Shown here: in pieces, positions 18,807 through 28,264 of the stretch | How the letters are laid out: each line of letters begins with the position of its first letter | How positions within the stretch are numbered: position 1 is the first letter of the stretch | Origin: Gemmatimonadota bacterium | Lineage (GTDB): Bacteria > Gemmatimonadota > Gemmatimonadetes > Gemmatimonadales > GWC2-71-9 | DNA length: 64,000 bases | Direction: 5' to 3' | Assembly (NCBI GenBank): GCA_041482275.1 | Contig: JBGPDL010000001.1 | Span: forward strand, 17,368-81,367 | Translations under genes and position numbers: made by a program | Notes under the pieces: generated by a model | Told to the model about the DNA's origin: nothing | Database searches by the model: none | What the model saw: the letters and a program-made list of their open reading frames with translations, nothing else

Positions 18807-20642
18807 ATGCCCCAAGACGAGCAATACCGGCGAGTCGGTAAGTTCGAGCTCCACGAGCTCATCGGCGAAGGCGCGATGGGGACCGTGTGGCGGGCGTACG
18901 ATTCCGTCATTCGCCGCTACGTCGCGCTCAAGCTGCTGTCGCGCGCCGGCCGTACCGCCGACGCGCGGGAGCGCTTCCTGCGCGAAGCGCGGGCCGCCGG
19001 TGCCCTGCAGCACCCCAACATCATCACGATCTACGACCTGGGGGAGTCCGACGGCCAGCTGTTCATCGCGTTGGAGCTGGTCGATGGGCGCGACCTGAGC
19101 GCGCTGATCGCCCTCGGCGAGCCCCTGGCCCTCGAGCGCAAGCTCGACATCGTGATCGAGGTGCTGCAGGGGCTGTCCTACGCGCACGAGCGCGGCGTGA
19201 TCCACCGCGATATCAAGCCCTCCAACGTCCGCATCGCATCCGACGGGTCGATCAAGCTCATGGATTTTGGCATCGCCCGGCTGCAGTCGGCCGACGCCAC
19301 GGGCTCGGGTGCGATCGTGGGCACGCCGACCTACATGGCACCGGAGCAGATCACGAACGGCGCCATCACGCCCGCCACAGACGTATTCGCGGTCGGGTGT
19401 CTGTTGTACGAGCTGCTCACGTACCACAAGCCGTTCGTCGCGGAGACGGTGCACGGCGTGCTGTACCAGGTGCTGACCACGGACCCGAAGCCGCTGCGCA
19501 CCATAGCGTCGTCGATCCCCGCGGCGCTCGAGCGCGTCGTGGGGAAGGCGATGAACAAAGTCCCGGAGGAGCGTTACGAAACGGCGCGGCAGATGCAGTC
19601 CGCGCTGTTCAGCATCCGAGCCGCGCTCTCCGGCGCGTCCGACACCACCGAGCGGCTGAGCTTGAAGTGGACGCCGCTCCCCTCCGCCGTGCTGCGCCTC
19701 GTCACCCATGCGCCGCTCAAGTGGCGCGCGGCGGTGCTGACGACATTGATGGTGACGGCGCTGGTGCTGCTCTACGTCTCGCGCTCGCCCTCCCCGGTCG
19801 CGGCACCGTCCGCGGCCGAGTTCGGCGGGGTCACACTGGACCAGCTGCTGCTCTTCCCCGTGCCGGCCCATCTCAACCCGGCGCTCGTCGCGCAGCGCGA
19901 TTCGGCGCTTGCAGCGCGCGAGCGGGCGCGGCGCGCCGGCGCCATGAAAAACAACGTGCCGGCGCTGATCCTCGCCGAAACCCTAGTGCAGAACGCCGAG
20001 CGCGCGCTCCGCACCGGCGACCCGGCCCGCGCCGCCAGCGGTTACTTCAGCGCGATCCCCCAATACGCCAAAGCGCAGGCCGAAGGCGAGGCGCTCCAGC
20101 GGGAGGCCGGGCAAGCCATCGCCCGCGCCACGCCGGTGGTGGGCGCCTTGGCCACGCGCCCCGAAGCGGGGCGCGCGGCGACTTCGCTCGCGCGCGCGGA
20201 ATCGCTTTACGCTACCATGGATTACGTGGTGGCCCGGCTAGCGGCGCTCGACGCCGAGCAAGTCGGCGTGGCGGCGGGCGTGGCGCCCCCCTCCCCGCAA
20301 CCCGCCGACACCCGCGCTGCGATCGGCGTACTACTGCAGGACCTGGAGCGTGCGGTCTCGAGCGAGCGGGTGGGCAACCTGCAGGTGCTGATGCCCGGCA
20401 TGGCGGAGAAGGATGTGGCCGCGTGGCAAGGTTTCTTTCGCAGGTACACGCAACTCACCGCGCGCTACGCGGTGGTGCGCTTCAGCACGCACGCCGACAC
20501 CGCCTACGCCGCCGTGCGGACCCTCTACCTGTACGTGCCGGCGGAAGGCGGCGCCCAGCGCGAAACGCGGCTCCACCAGACCATCCGCTTCACCCGGACT
20601 TTCAACGGCTGGCGCGTCGCGAACATCCGCGAATCGCCCTGA
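18807..20642 (+). CDS. Transmembrane Ser/Thr protein kinase (Hanks type) with an extracytoplasmic helical + NTF2-like C-terminus
   Basis: 611 aa. GEGAMGTVWRA...VALK, HRDIKPSN, DFGIA and GTPTYMAPE motifs. One TM (WRAAVLTTLMVTALVLLYV). Confidence 0.9.
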   Translation: MPQDEQYRRVGKFELHELIGEGAMGTVWRAYDSVIRRYVALKLLSRAGRTADARERFLREARAAGALQHPNIITIYDLGESDGQLFIALELVDGRDLSALIALGEPLALERKLDIVIEVLQGLSYAHERGVIHRDIKPSNVRIASDGSIKLMDFGIARLQSADATGSGAIVGTPTYMAPEQITNGAITPATDVFAVGCLLYELLTYHKPFVAETVHGVLYQVLTTDPKPLRTIASSIPAALERVVGKAMNKVPEERYETARQMQSALFSIRAALSGASDTTERLSLKWTPLPSAVLRLVTHAPLKWRAAVLTTLMVTALVLLYVSRSPSPVAAPSAAEFGGVTLDQLLLFPVPAHLNPALVAQRDSALAARERARRAGAMKNNVPALILAETLVQNAERALRTGDPARAASGYFSAIPQYAKAQAEGEALQREAGQAIARATPVVGALATRPEAGRAATSLARAESLYATMDYVVARLAALDAEQVGVAAGVAPPSPQPADTRAAIGVLLQDLERAVSSERVGNLQVLMPGMAEKDVAAWQGFFRRYTQLTARYAVVRFSTHADTAYAAVRTLYLYVPAEGGAQRETRLHQTIRFTRTFNGWRVANIRESP

Positions 20643-20648
20643 CCGCCC

Positions 20649-21074
20649 TCAGTCCCAAGCCCGTTCGGTGGGAGGCGGCGGCGCGGGGATGGCGACGGAA
20701 TCGGCGCGCGCGGTGGCTGGTCCCGCACGGCGCAGCGTCACCGGCTTCTCGAGATCGCCTCCCGACAGCGTGAGCTTGTCGCTGTCGAGCTTCAAGCGGT
20801 ACACCTGCCATACGCCATCGCCCAGCGTCAGCCACAGGCTGTCGCCCACCACCCGCCAGCGGGCCACCTGATCCCCGAATTGGGCGGAGCTGTCGCTCCG
20901 GACGATGATGTTGCGAATCTCGTCATCGGTCTTGGCCTGCCATTTCCCCTCGAGACGGGCGTGGCGAGCCGGGCCCGGATCCGCGTTCTGGGCGGCGAGG
21001 ACGGGGGCGACCCCGAGCAGCAAGACGAGCATACCGGCGCTGCGACGCGTCGCGGTCGACCGTATCAAGGACAT
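20649..21074 (-). CDS. Small secreted protein, unknown function
   Basis: Track ORF 20649..21131, trimmed to ATG 21074 (MSLIRSTATRRSAGMLVLLLGVAPVLAAQ signal peptide). The body is beta-rich (WRVVGDSLWLTLGDGVWQVYRLKL). Confidence 0.45.
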   Translation of the reverse strand: MSLIRSTATRRSAGMLVLLLGVAPVLAAQNADPGPARHARLEGKWQAKTDDEIRNIIVRSDSSAQFGDQVARWRVVGDSLWLTLGDGVWQVYRLKLDSDKLTLSGGDLEKPVTLRRAGPATARADSVAIPAPPPPTERAWD

Positions 21075-21105
21075 GGCGAAAGATATGTACCCCGGAAGGA
21101 ACCCA

Positions 21106-22308
21106 TCAGCTCCCTGCCGTCCCGGCCCCACCCGCCGCGGGCACCGGGGCCCGCTCGTCGGTCATCACGGCCACCTGGGGCTCCCACTGGCGCATCATCC
21201 GGACGAACGCCGCGACGAGGTCCGGGTCGAACTCCGCACCCGCGCGACCCTCGATGTAGCCGAGCGTCCGCTCCTGCGACCAGGCCTCGCGGTAGGGGCG
21301 GTTGGTGCGGAGCGCGTCGTACACATCACACACGTGCACCAGCTTCGAGGCGTGATGACAGTCGCGGGGGAAGGCAAAGGTGGGGTACCCCCCGCCGTTC
21401 AGCATGATGTGGTGCTCGTACGCCACCACGGCCGGGAGATCGAGCTGCTCCTCCGACTGGAGGATGATGCGCGCCCCTTCGATCGGGTGCGCGTTCATCA
21501 ACGCTCGCTCCTCATCGGTGAACTTGCCCGGCTTGGTCAGAACCTCGAGGGGGATGCGTACCTTGCCGATGTCGTGCAGCAGACCGGCGATCCCGAAGCC
21601 GCGCACGTCGCCGCGCGCCAGCCCCAGGTACTCGGCGAGCGCCATGGCCAGCACGGCCACGTTCATGGAGTGGGTGGTCGTATACTGATCGAACTCCTTG
21701 AGCTGGAGCAGCGGGATGACGATGTGTTGGCCGGCGTGCATCCCGAGCGAGAGCGATTGAATGACGGCCTCCGCCTCGCTGAGCGGAACCACGCCGCGCG
21801 CCTTCACCTCGTCCTGGAGCCACCGGACCGTGTCGGCCTCTTCGCTCAGCGAGTAGGCGATCGCCGCCGTCGTCGCCGCCTCGGGCACCGCCGGCCCCGC
21901 CGTGCCGCCGCGCACACCCAACGCGCCGTAGCGGATGCTCGAACGGCGCATCTGGCGTACTTCGGTGGTGTCGAGCGTGGAGAGCGTCAGCCGCGCGAGG
22001 ATTTCGTCGAGAAAGCCTTCGAACTCTTCCCGCCCCACCGGCTCCTCGAATTCGAGCCGCTGGACGCCAGCGTGGGCCAGACGGCGGGTCCAGTCCCACG
22101 CCTTGAGCTCGCGCAGCGGGAGCCGGCCGTACAGGATCTCGTCGCCCAGGAAGGTGAAGAGCGGGTGCGGAGCATCCCGTTGTAGGGCTTCGAGCTCATG
22201 GTAGGCTGCGTCGATGGCGCGCTCCCGCGCCGGATGGCCCGCGGCGTACAGGGTCATCGTCGCGAGCGCGTGTGCGAACGCGGTCAGGAACGTCGCAGGC
22301 TCGCTCAT
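21106..22308 (-). CDS. HD-GYP domain protein (putative c-di-GMP phosphodiesterase) with an uncharacterised N-terminal module
   Basis: Track ORF 21106..22407, trimmed to ATG 22308 (ATGA overlap with the upstream stop). HSMNVAVLAMALA, GLLHDIGKVRIP and YEHHIMLNGGGYP form the HD and GYP signatures. Confidence 0.85.
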   Translation of the reverse strand: MSEPATFLTAFAHALATMTLYAAGHPARERAIDAAYHELEALQRDAPHPLFTFLGDEILYGRLPLRELKAWDWTRRLAHAGVQRLEFEEPVGREEFEGFLDEILARLTLSTLDTTEVRQMRRSSIRYGALGVRGGTAGPAVPEAATTAAIAYSLSEEADTVRWLQDEVKARGVVPLSEAEAVIQSLSLGMHAGQHIVIPLLQLKEFDQYTTTHSMNVAVLAMALAEYLGLARGDVRGFGIAGLLHDIGKVRIPLEVLTKPGKFTDEERALMNAHPIEGARIILQSEEQLDLPAVVAYEHHIMLNGGGYPTFAFPRDCHHASKLVHVCDVYDALRTNRPYREAWSQERTLGYIEGRAGAEFDPDLVAAFVRMMRQWEPQVAVMTDERAPVPAAGGAGTAGS

Positions 22309-24353
22309 CGGCGCGTGCCCGTCGCGCCAGCTGCCGCGCGGACTTCCGGATCTCGGGACGTGGCGGCGCGAGCGAGCCGCGCCCGCGCGCGTGGATCGCC
22401 CCGCCAACCGGTGGCGAGCGCCGCCAGCGCCACGAGCAGCTCCGCCGACTTCGCGGGTAACTTGTCCCGGCCGAATATCGTCCGGCCCGCCGCGGTGAGC
22501 TGCAGCAGCGCCGCGAGCGCGGCCGGTGCTCGCGTGCTGCCGAGAGCGCGGATGGCCAGCACGCGCAGGTCGGTGGCGAGCCCGCGTTCGGTGGCACGCC
22601 CGGCGAGCAGCGGCACGGCCGAGTCGGGACAGCTCTGCAGCGCGACGACCAGCGCGAGGGCGAGCCGCAGCGTCCGCGGGTCCGGGTCCTTCAGGGCCGT
22701 CACGAGCGCCGCATCACGCTCGGCCGGCAGCTTGAGCTGCAGCTTCACCGCTTGCCAGCGCACCCGCGCATCGACGTGCTGCGTCCAGCGCGCCGGCGAG
22801 AAACCCTCCGGAATCGCGGGCAGCTCCTCGAGCAGGGCCAACATGTTTCGCGTGACGTACCATCGCGGGTCATCGAGCCGCTCGACGACCATCGGCCCGA
22901 TCCCGGCCCCCACGCGGGCGAGCTGGCCGAGCAACCCCCGCCGCGTCCCGCGAGACTCGGCCGCCGCGAGTGCGTCGAGCAGCGGGGCCGCCGCCGCCAC
23001 GCCGATCCGCGGCACCAGCCGGTCCAGCATCTTGAAGTCCACCGGCTCTCGGGCGACCACGCGGCGGATCACCTCGGGCGTGGCGATGCGCTCCCACACC
23101 GCGGCCGCCGCCCCATTCGCCGCGGGGAACCGCTCGAGCGTATCGACGACCTGGGGTAGGCGCCCATCCTCGAGCAGGCGATCCACCGCCGCCAGCACCC
23201 GCGTTCCGACCACCTCCGCCTCGAGCGCCATCGCGACGACCCGCTCGGGCTCCGCGGGGTAGCCGCTGTCGCGGGCCGCCGCAGCTCGCGGCCCGGCGCG
23301 CGTCATGCGCTGCAGCGCCGCGCTGTAGGCGTCCGGGTTGGGGTCGGGGAGCGTCCAACCGTCGAGCAAGCGCCGGACCTGAGTCCGCAGGGCGGCGTCC
23401 GCCGCGCCCCGGACGTCGGGCGCGCCTCCTTCGGCGTGTGCCGCGAGCTTGGTGAGCAACCGGACGAGCGAGTGCGAGATCGTCTGCTGGGATGCCTCGG
23501 CCACCGCCTTGAGGATCTCGAGCACCGCGTCCGCGGCCAGGACCGCCGTCGCATCGGCGAGGAATTGGCGCCGCCGCGCAAGGTCGCCGCCCATCTCCAC
23601 CAGCCGACCCAAGGTCTCAGGCTTGAGCGAGCGGATGACCGCGGAGACGCGGCGGCGCAGCGCCAGTGCCTCCGCGCCCCCGGTGACCTTGAGCTCCTCG
23701 GCGATCTGCAGCAGGTAGCCCCCGATCGCCTGCTCGGATTGACCCGCGCCGCCGAGCGCGGCGGCGTCGATCGCCTGCGCGACCATCCCCGCCTCTGGGG
23801 GAGGGACATCCTGGCCGGGCGGCAGGGCCAGAGCCGCCCGCGCAAGACCGACCCAGAGCTGGGCTGCCCGCGGCTCGCCCGAGCCCGCATCGACGAGGCC
23901 CAGGCGCTCGTAGGCGAGCGGGTGCAGCTGCAGGTGAGGCCAGGCGTGAAGCCGCTCGGGCGGACCCAGACCGAGCGGTTGTCCGGTGCGCTCCGGGTCC
24001 ACCGCGAGGGTCTTGAGCACGTCGCCAATCTCGCCGGCGTCCACGCCGGGCCGGAACGTCACGGCACCGAGGTGATGGCGGTGCAGCCGTCCGGCGAGCT
24101 CGCGCAGGACGGCGTGCTTGGCATCGGTCGCCACGCCCTCAATCACGAGCTGGTGACGGGCCACGCCCAGCGACAACGCCACACGCGCCTCGAGGAGCTG
24201 CCCGACCCGCCGGGCGACCGCGGCGGCGGCGGGCCCGAGCGACGGATGGCCCTGCGGGTACATCGCGTGCCGATGGAGGGCGATCGACAGCTCGGTGAGG
24301 AAATCCGCGAGGTCGCGCGACAGAGTCGCGCGCTCGCCGGAGGGAGCGGGCAT
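22305..24353 (-). CDS. Large (682 aa) alpha-helical, HEAT/ARM-like protein of unknown function
   Basis: Track ORF 22305..24392 (GTG). I prefer ATG 24353 (MPAPSGERATLSRDLADFLTELSIALHRHAMYPQGHPS...). The C-terminus has HEAT-like repeats (ALKDPDPRTLRLALALV, SRDPEVRAAAG). The N-terminal module is shared with the downstream HD-GYP protein. Confidence 0.6.
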   Translation of the reverse strand: MPAPSGERATLSRDLADFLTELSIALHRHAMYPQGHPSLGPAAAAVARRVGQLLEARVALSLGVARHQLVIEGVATDAKHAVLRELAGRLHRHHLGAVTFRPGVDAGEIGDVLKTLAVDPERTGQPLGLGPPERLHAWPHLQLHPLAYERLGLVDAGSGEPRAAQLWVGLARAALALPPGQDVPPPEAGMVAQAIDAAALGGAGQSEQAIGGYLLQIAEELKVTGGAEALALRRRVSAVIRSLKPETLGRLVEMGGDLARRRQFLADATAVLAADAVLEILKAVAEASQQTISHSLVRLLTKLAAHAEGGAPDVRGAADAALRTQVRRLLDGWTLPDPNPDAYSAALQRMTRAGPRAAAARDSGYPAEPERVVAMALEAEVVGTRVLAAVDRLLEDGRLPQVVDTLERFPAANGAAAAVWERIATPEVIRRVVAREPVDFKMLDRLVPRIGVAAAAPLLDALAAAESRGTRRGLLGQLARVGAGIGPMVVERLDDPRWYVTRNMLALLEELPAIPEGFSPARWTQHVDARVRWQAVKLQLKLPAERDAALVTALKDPDPRTLRLALALVVALQSCPDSAVPLLAGRATERGLATDLRVLAIRALGSTRAPAALAALLQLTAAGRTIFGRDKLPAKSAELLVALAALATGWRGDPRARARLARAATSRDPEVRAAAGATGTRR

Positions 24354-24383
24354 GAGGCCAAAGATACTAGGACCAGCAACGGC

Positions 24384-24475
24384 TAGACGCACAGACGCAC
24401 AGGGGAGAATAGGAAAGAGGGAGCAGAGAAGCCTGCTCCCTCCAGCCCGTTCACCTCTGTGCGTCAGTGCGTCTA
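24384..24475. repeat. Nested inverted repeat (19-bp outer arms plus 10-bp inner hairpin) downstream of groEL
   Basis: The outer arms are TAGACGCACAGACGCACAG (24384-24402) and CTGTGCGTCAGTGCGTCTA (24457-24475), with 1 mismatch. The inner arms are GAGGGAGCAG (24417-24426) and CTGCTCCCTC (24433-24442). Confidence 0.65.
24403..24442 (-). terminator. Probable intrinsic terminator of groESL
   Basis: Minus strand reads GAGGGAGCAG-gcttct-CTGCTCCCTC followed by TTTCCTATTCTCC. It lies 38 nt downstream of the groEL stop. Confidence 0.55.
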
Positions 24476-24479
24476 GTTC

Positions 24480-26117
<1,638 letters not shown>

Positions 26118-26140
26118 GTCCGTTTTCCTCCTAGAAGATC

Positions 26141-26455
26141 TCAGCCAAGCTTGGCGATGACGTCGGATTCCTTGATGAGGATGATCTCTTCACCCTCGAG
26201 CTCCACCTGGGTGCCGCTGTACTTGCCGTATACCACCCGGTCCCCGACCTTCAGCTCCATCGGGACCGCCTCCCCCTTCTCCCGGCGCCCGGGACCTACC
26301 GCGATCACCTCGCCCTGGATCGGCTTCTCCTTGGCCGTGTCGGGGATGTAGAGACCGCCCTTCATGGTCTCCGTCTCCTCCATCGGCCGGATGGCCACGC
26401 GATCCGCGAGCGGCAAAATCTTGAGTTTCGTCTTCGAAGCCGTTGCCGTTGCCAT
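26141..26455 (-). CDS. groES: Co-chaperonin GroES
   Basis: Track ORF 26141..26488, trimmed to ATG 26455 ([56 protein letters not shown]...). 104 aa. Confidence 0.95.
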   Translation of the reverse strand: MATATASKTKLKILPLADRVAIRPMEETETMKGGLYIPDTAKEKPIQGEVIAVGPGRREKGEAVPMELKVGDRVVYGKYSGTQVELEGEEIILIKESDVIAKLG

Positions 26456-26510
26456 TGGGGTTCGACCTCCAGCTCGGTATCTTGTCATAAGTGCTTGTCG
26501 GATGAAGTTG

Positions 26511-26537
26511 TTAGCACTCTTGCATGGTGAGTGCTAA
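26511..26537. promoter_or_regulatory. CIRCE operator (HrcA binding site)
   Basis: TTAGCACTC (26511-26519), N9, GAGTGCTAA (26529-26537). This matches the CIRCE consensus perfectly and lies in the groES 5' leader. Confidence 0.9.
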
Positions 26538-26550
26538 AATCAACATGGGG

Positions 26551-26579
26551 AATTTCTCCCGGTCGGGCTGGCATGTCAA
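26551..26579 (-). promoter_or_regulatory. Sigma-70-type promoter of groESL
   Basis: Minus strand reads TTGACA (26579-26574, overlapping the TGA of the upstream lipoprotein gene), a 17-nt spacer, then GAAATT (26556-26551). CIRCE starts 14 nt downstream. Confidence 0.5.
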
Positions 26580-26995
26580 GGGGGCGAGATCAGCCGGCGT
26601 AGTGCCGCAGAAGCGGCGAGAGAGTCGACGATGATGCGGGCACGATCCGTGGCGCTTGAGCCGAGCGAGTCGAGCGGAATGGAGACCGCCGCCACGATGG
26701 CGCCGGTTCGCGTATCCGCCAGGCGCACATTGAGGGACGTGAGGCCCGGCGGCTCCGTCTCCCGAAACGGAAACGTGAGAACATAGACGGTGGGCGGCCC
26801 GCCGCCGCGCACCTGCCCGCGCACCGTGAACCCGCGACGCCGCAACCCCTGGGCGACCGCCCGCCCCAGGGAATCCTGGCGCGTGATGAGGATTTCGTAT
26901 CCCCGGAGCGTGGACGGCTCTTCATAGTGCGGCGGCGCAGCGCAGGCGCTGAGCAACGTCATGAGCCGCACGACGCCAAGACGCCTAGCGCTCAC
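26576..26995 (-). CDS. Lipoprotein, unknown function
   Basis: 139 aa. MSARRLGVVRLMTLLSAC|AAPP carries a lipobox. 4-nt overlap with the upstream NlpC/P60 gene. Confidence 0.5.
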   Translation of the reverse strand: MSARRLGVVRLMTLLSACAAPPHYEEPSTLRGYEILITRQDSLGRAVAQGLRRRGFTVRGQVRGGGPPTVYVLTFPFRETEPPGLTSLNVRLADTRTGAIVAAVSIPLDSLGSSATDRARIIVDSLAASAALRRLISPP

Positions 26996-27978
26996 GGAAT
27001 GACTCGCCGCGCGCCCACCCAGCGATCCAGCCAGTAGCCGCCCTCGGGGTCTTGGGGATCGAGCCGCGACAGCTTCACCCCCCGGCTCGAGCTGTGGATG
27101 AACTTGAGCTCGCCGACGTACATGCCCACATGCGTCAGCCCCGCCCCCGGACGGGCCGCGAACAGCAGGATATCGCCCGGACGCAGGGCATCCGCCACGG
27201 GCGGCACCTCCGCGCCGGCGTGCGCCTGATCACGACTCATGCGCGGCAGGCGGATGCCATGCTGGCCGTAGGCGTACTGGATCAGTCCGGAGCAGTCGAA
27301 GCCGTTGTCCGCCGTGCCGCCCCAGAGGTACGGGGTGCCGAGGGATTCGAGCGCCGTCTGCACAACGTCGGCGGCATTGCCACTGATGGTGGCGGGCGGC
27401 TCCGGCGGCGGCAGCTCGGGCGGGGCACCGTACCCACCCTTCCCCCTTCCCTTTCCCCCCTTCCCCAATCCGATCGAGACCCCGACCGCCACGCTCACGC
27501 CCTTGCGAGCGTCGTGCCGCGGGTTCCAAAACCCGCGCGGCCCGCGATCCTCCAGGCGATAGCGCACCTCCGAACCCACGGCGAACCAGCCCAACGGCCG
27601 CCACTCGAGCCCACCGCCCACCGTCCACTGGGCCGCCAGCTCCTGCGTCGTCGTGTCGGTCGAGAGCCCGAGGGCGAGGCCAGCGAGCGCGTACGGGCCC
27701 AGGGTGGTGCGCCCGCGCCAGGCTTGTACTTCGTAGCCGAGGCCGTAGAAGGCGCGCCGCCGCCCGAGCGTGTCGCTCACCAGCAGCGACATGCCGAACC
27801 CGTGCGTGAAGGGTCCGCCCAGGCGCGAGCTGGTGCGGAGCTCGTAGACATCGGCGCGATTGCCGTTGTACCACCGTCCGAGATGGAGCTCCAGTCCCCG
27901 TCCCCCGCTCTGCGCCGCGAGCGTCGCGGGGAGCAGGAAAAGCGGCGCGAGCCGCCAGCGCTCAGTCAGCGGCCGCAA
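26992..27978 (-). CDS. NlpC/P60 (C40) peptidoglycan endopeptidase fused to an N-terminal beta-barrel-like domain
   Basis: 328 aa. The C-terminus LGTPYLWGGTADNGFDCSGLIQYAY...GDILLF...THVGMYVG carries the Cys-His catalytic pattern. The N-terminal ~170 aa has alternating aromatic/Gly beta-strand patterns after a signal peptide, then a KGGKGRGKGG-Pro-rich linker. Confidence 0.85.
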   Translation of the reverse strand: MRPLTERWRLAPLFLLPATLAAQSGGRGLELHLGRWYNGNRADVYELRTSSRLGGPFTHGFGMSLLVSDTLGRRRAFYGLGYEVQAWRGRTTLGPYALAGLALGLSTDTTTQELAAQWTVGGGLEWRPLGWFAVGSEVRYRLEDRGPRGFWNPRHDARKGVSVAVGVSIGLGKGGKGRGKGGYGAPPELPPPEPPATISGNAADVVQTALESLGTPYLWGGTADNGFDCSGLIQYAYGQHGIRLPRMSRDQAHAGAEVPPVADALRPGDILLFAARPGAGLTHVGMYVGELKFIHSSSRGVKLSRLDPQDPEGGYWLDRWVGARRVIP

Positions 27979-28246
27979 CGGCCCGCTGCTCCTCCGACGC
28001 GCGCGGCGCCATGTGATGGGAGAGGAGGTGCGGCACCCGCCGCATGAAGCGGACCCACACGGCGAGCGCCGTGAACCCGCTCAGCGCGGCGGCGACGCCC
28101 GCCACGGCGAGCATCGTGAGAGGACGAGCGAAGCTGGTCGCGACGAGAGCGCCGGCCCACAGCCCGATGTAGGACGCGGCCCACGCCAGCACCGGCGTCA
28201 GCAGCCAGCCGACGACCACCAGCAGGTGGGCGAGCCAGCGGGGCAC
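27962..28246 (-). CDS. Small membrane protein (about 3 TM), unknown
   Basis: 94 aa, hydrophobic (LLVVVGWLLTPVLAWAASYIGLWAGALVATSF...). It overlaps the downstream gene by 17 nt. Confidence 0.4.
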   Translation of the reverse strand: MPRWLAHLLVVVGWLLTPVLAWAASYIGLWAGALVATSFARPLTMLAVAGVAAALSGFTALAVWVRFMRRVPHLLSHHMAPRASEEQRAVAAAD

Positions 28247-28264
28247 GGTGCCCCTCCCCGCGCG

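Noticed and set aside
26941-27001. Apparent 1-nt frameshifts when I translate the printed sequence by hand at about 26941 (lipoprotein gene) and about 63001 (tadA). The final printed line also appears one base short.
   Set aside because: The provided ORF track reads straight through both positions with sensible protein sequence. The discrepancies fall exactly at line breaks. I treat them as display or reading artefacts, not pseudogenes. Motif coordinates beyond 63001 were taken from the ORF track, and hand-derived motif coordinates elsewhere could be off by 1.
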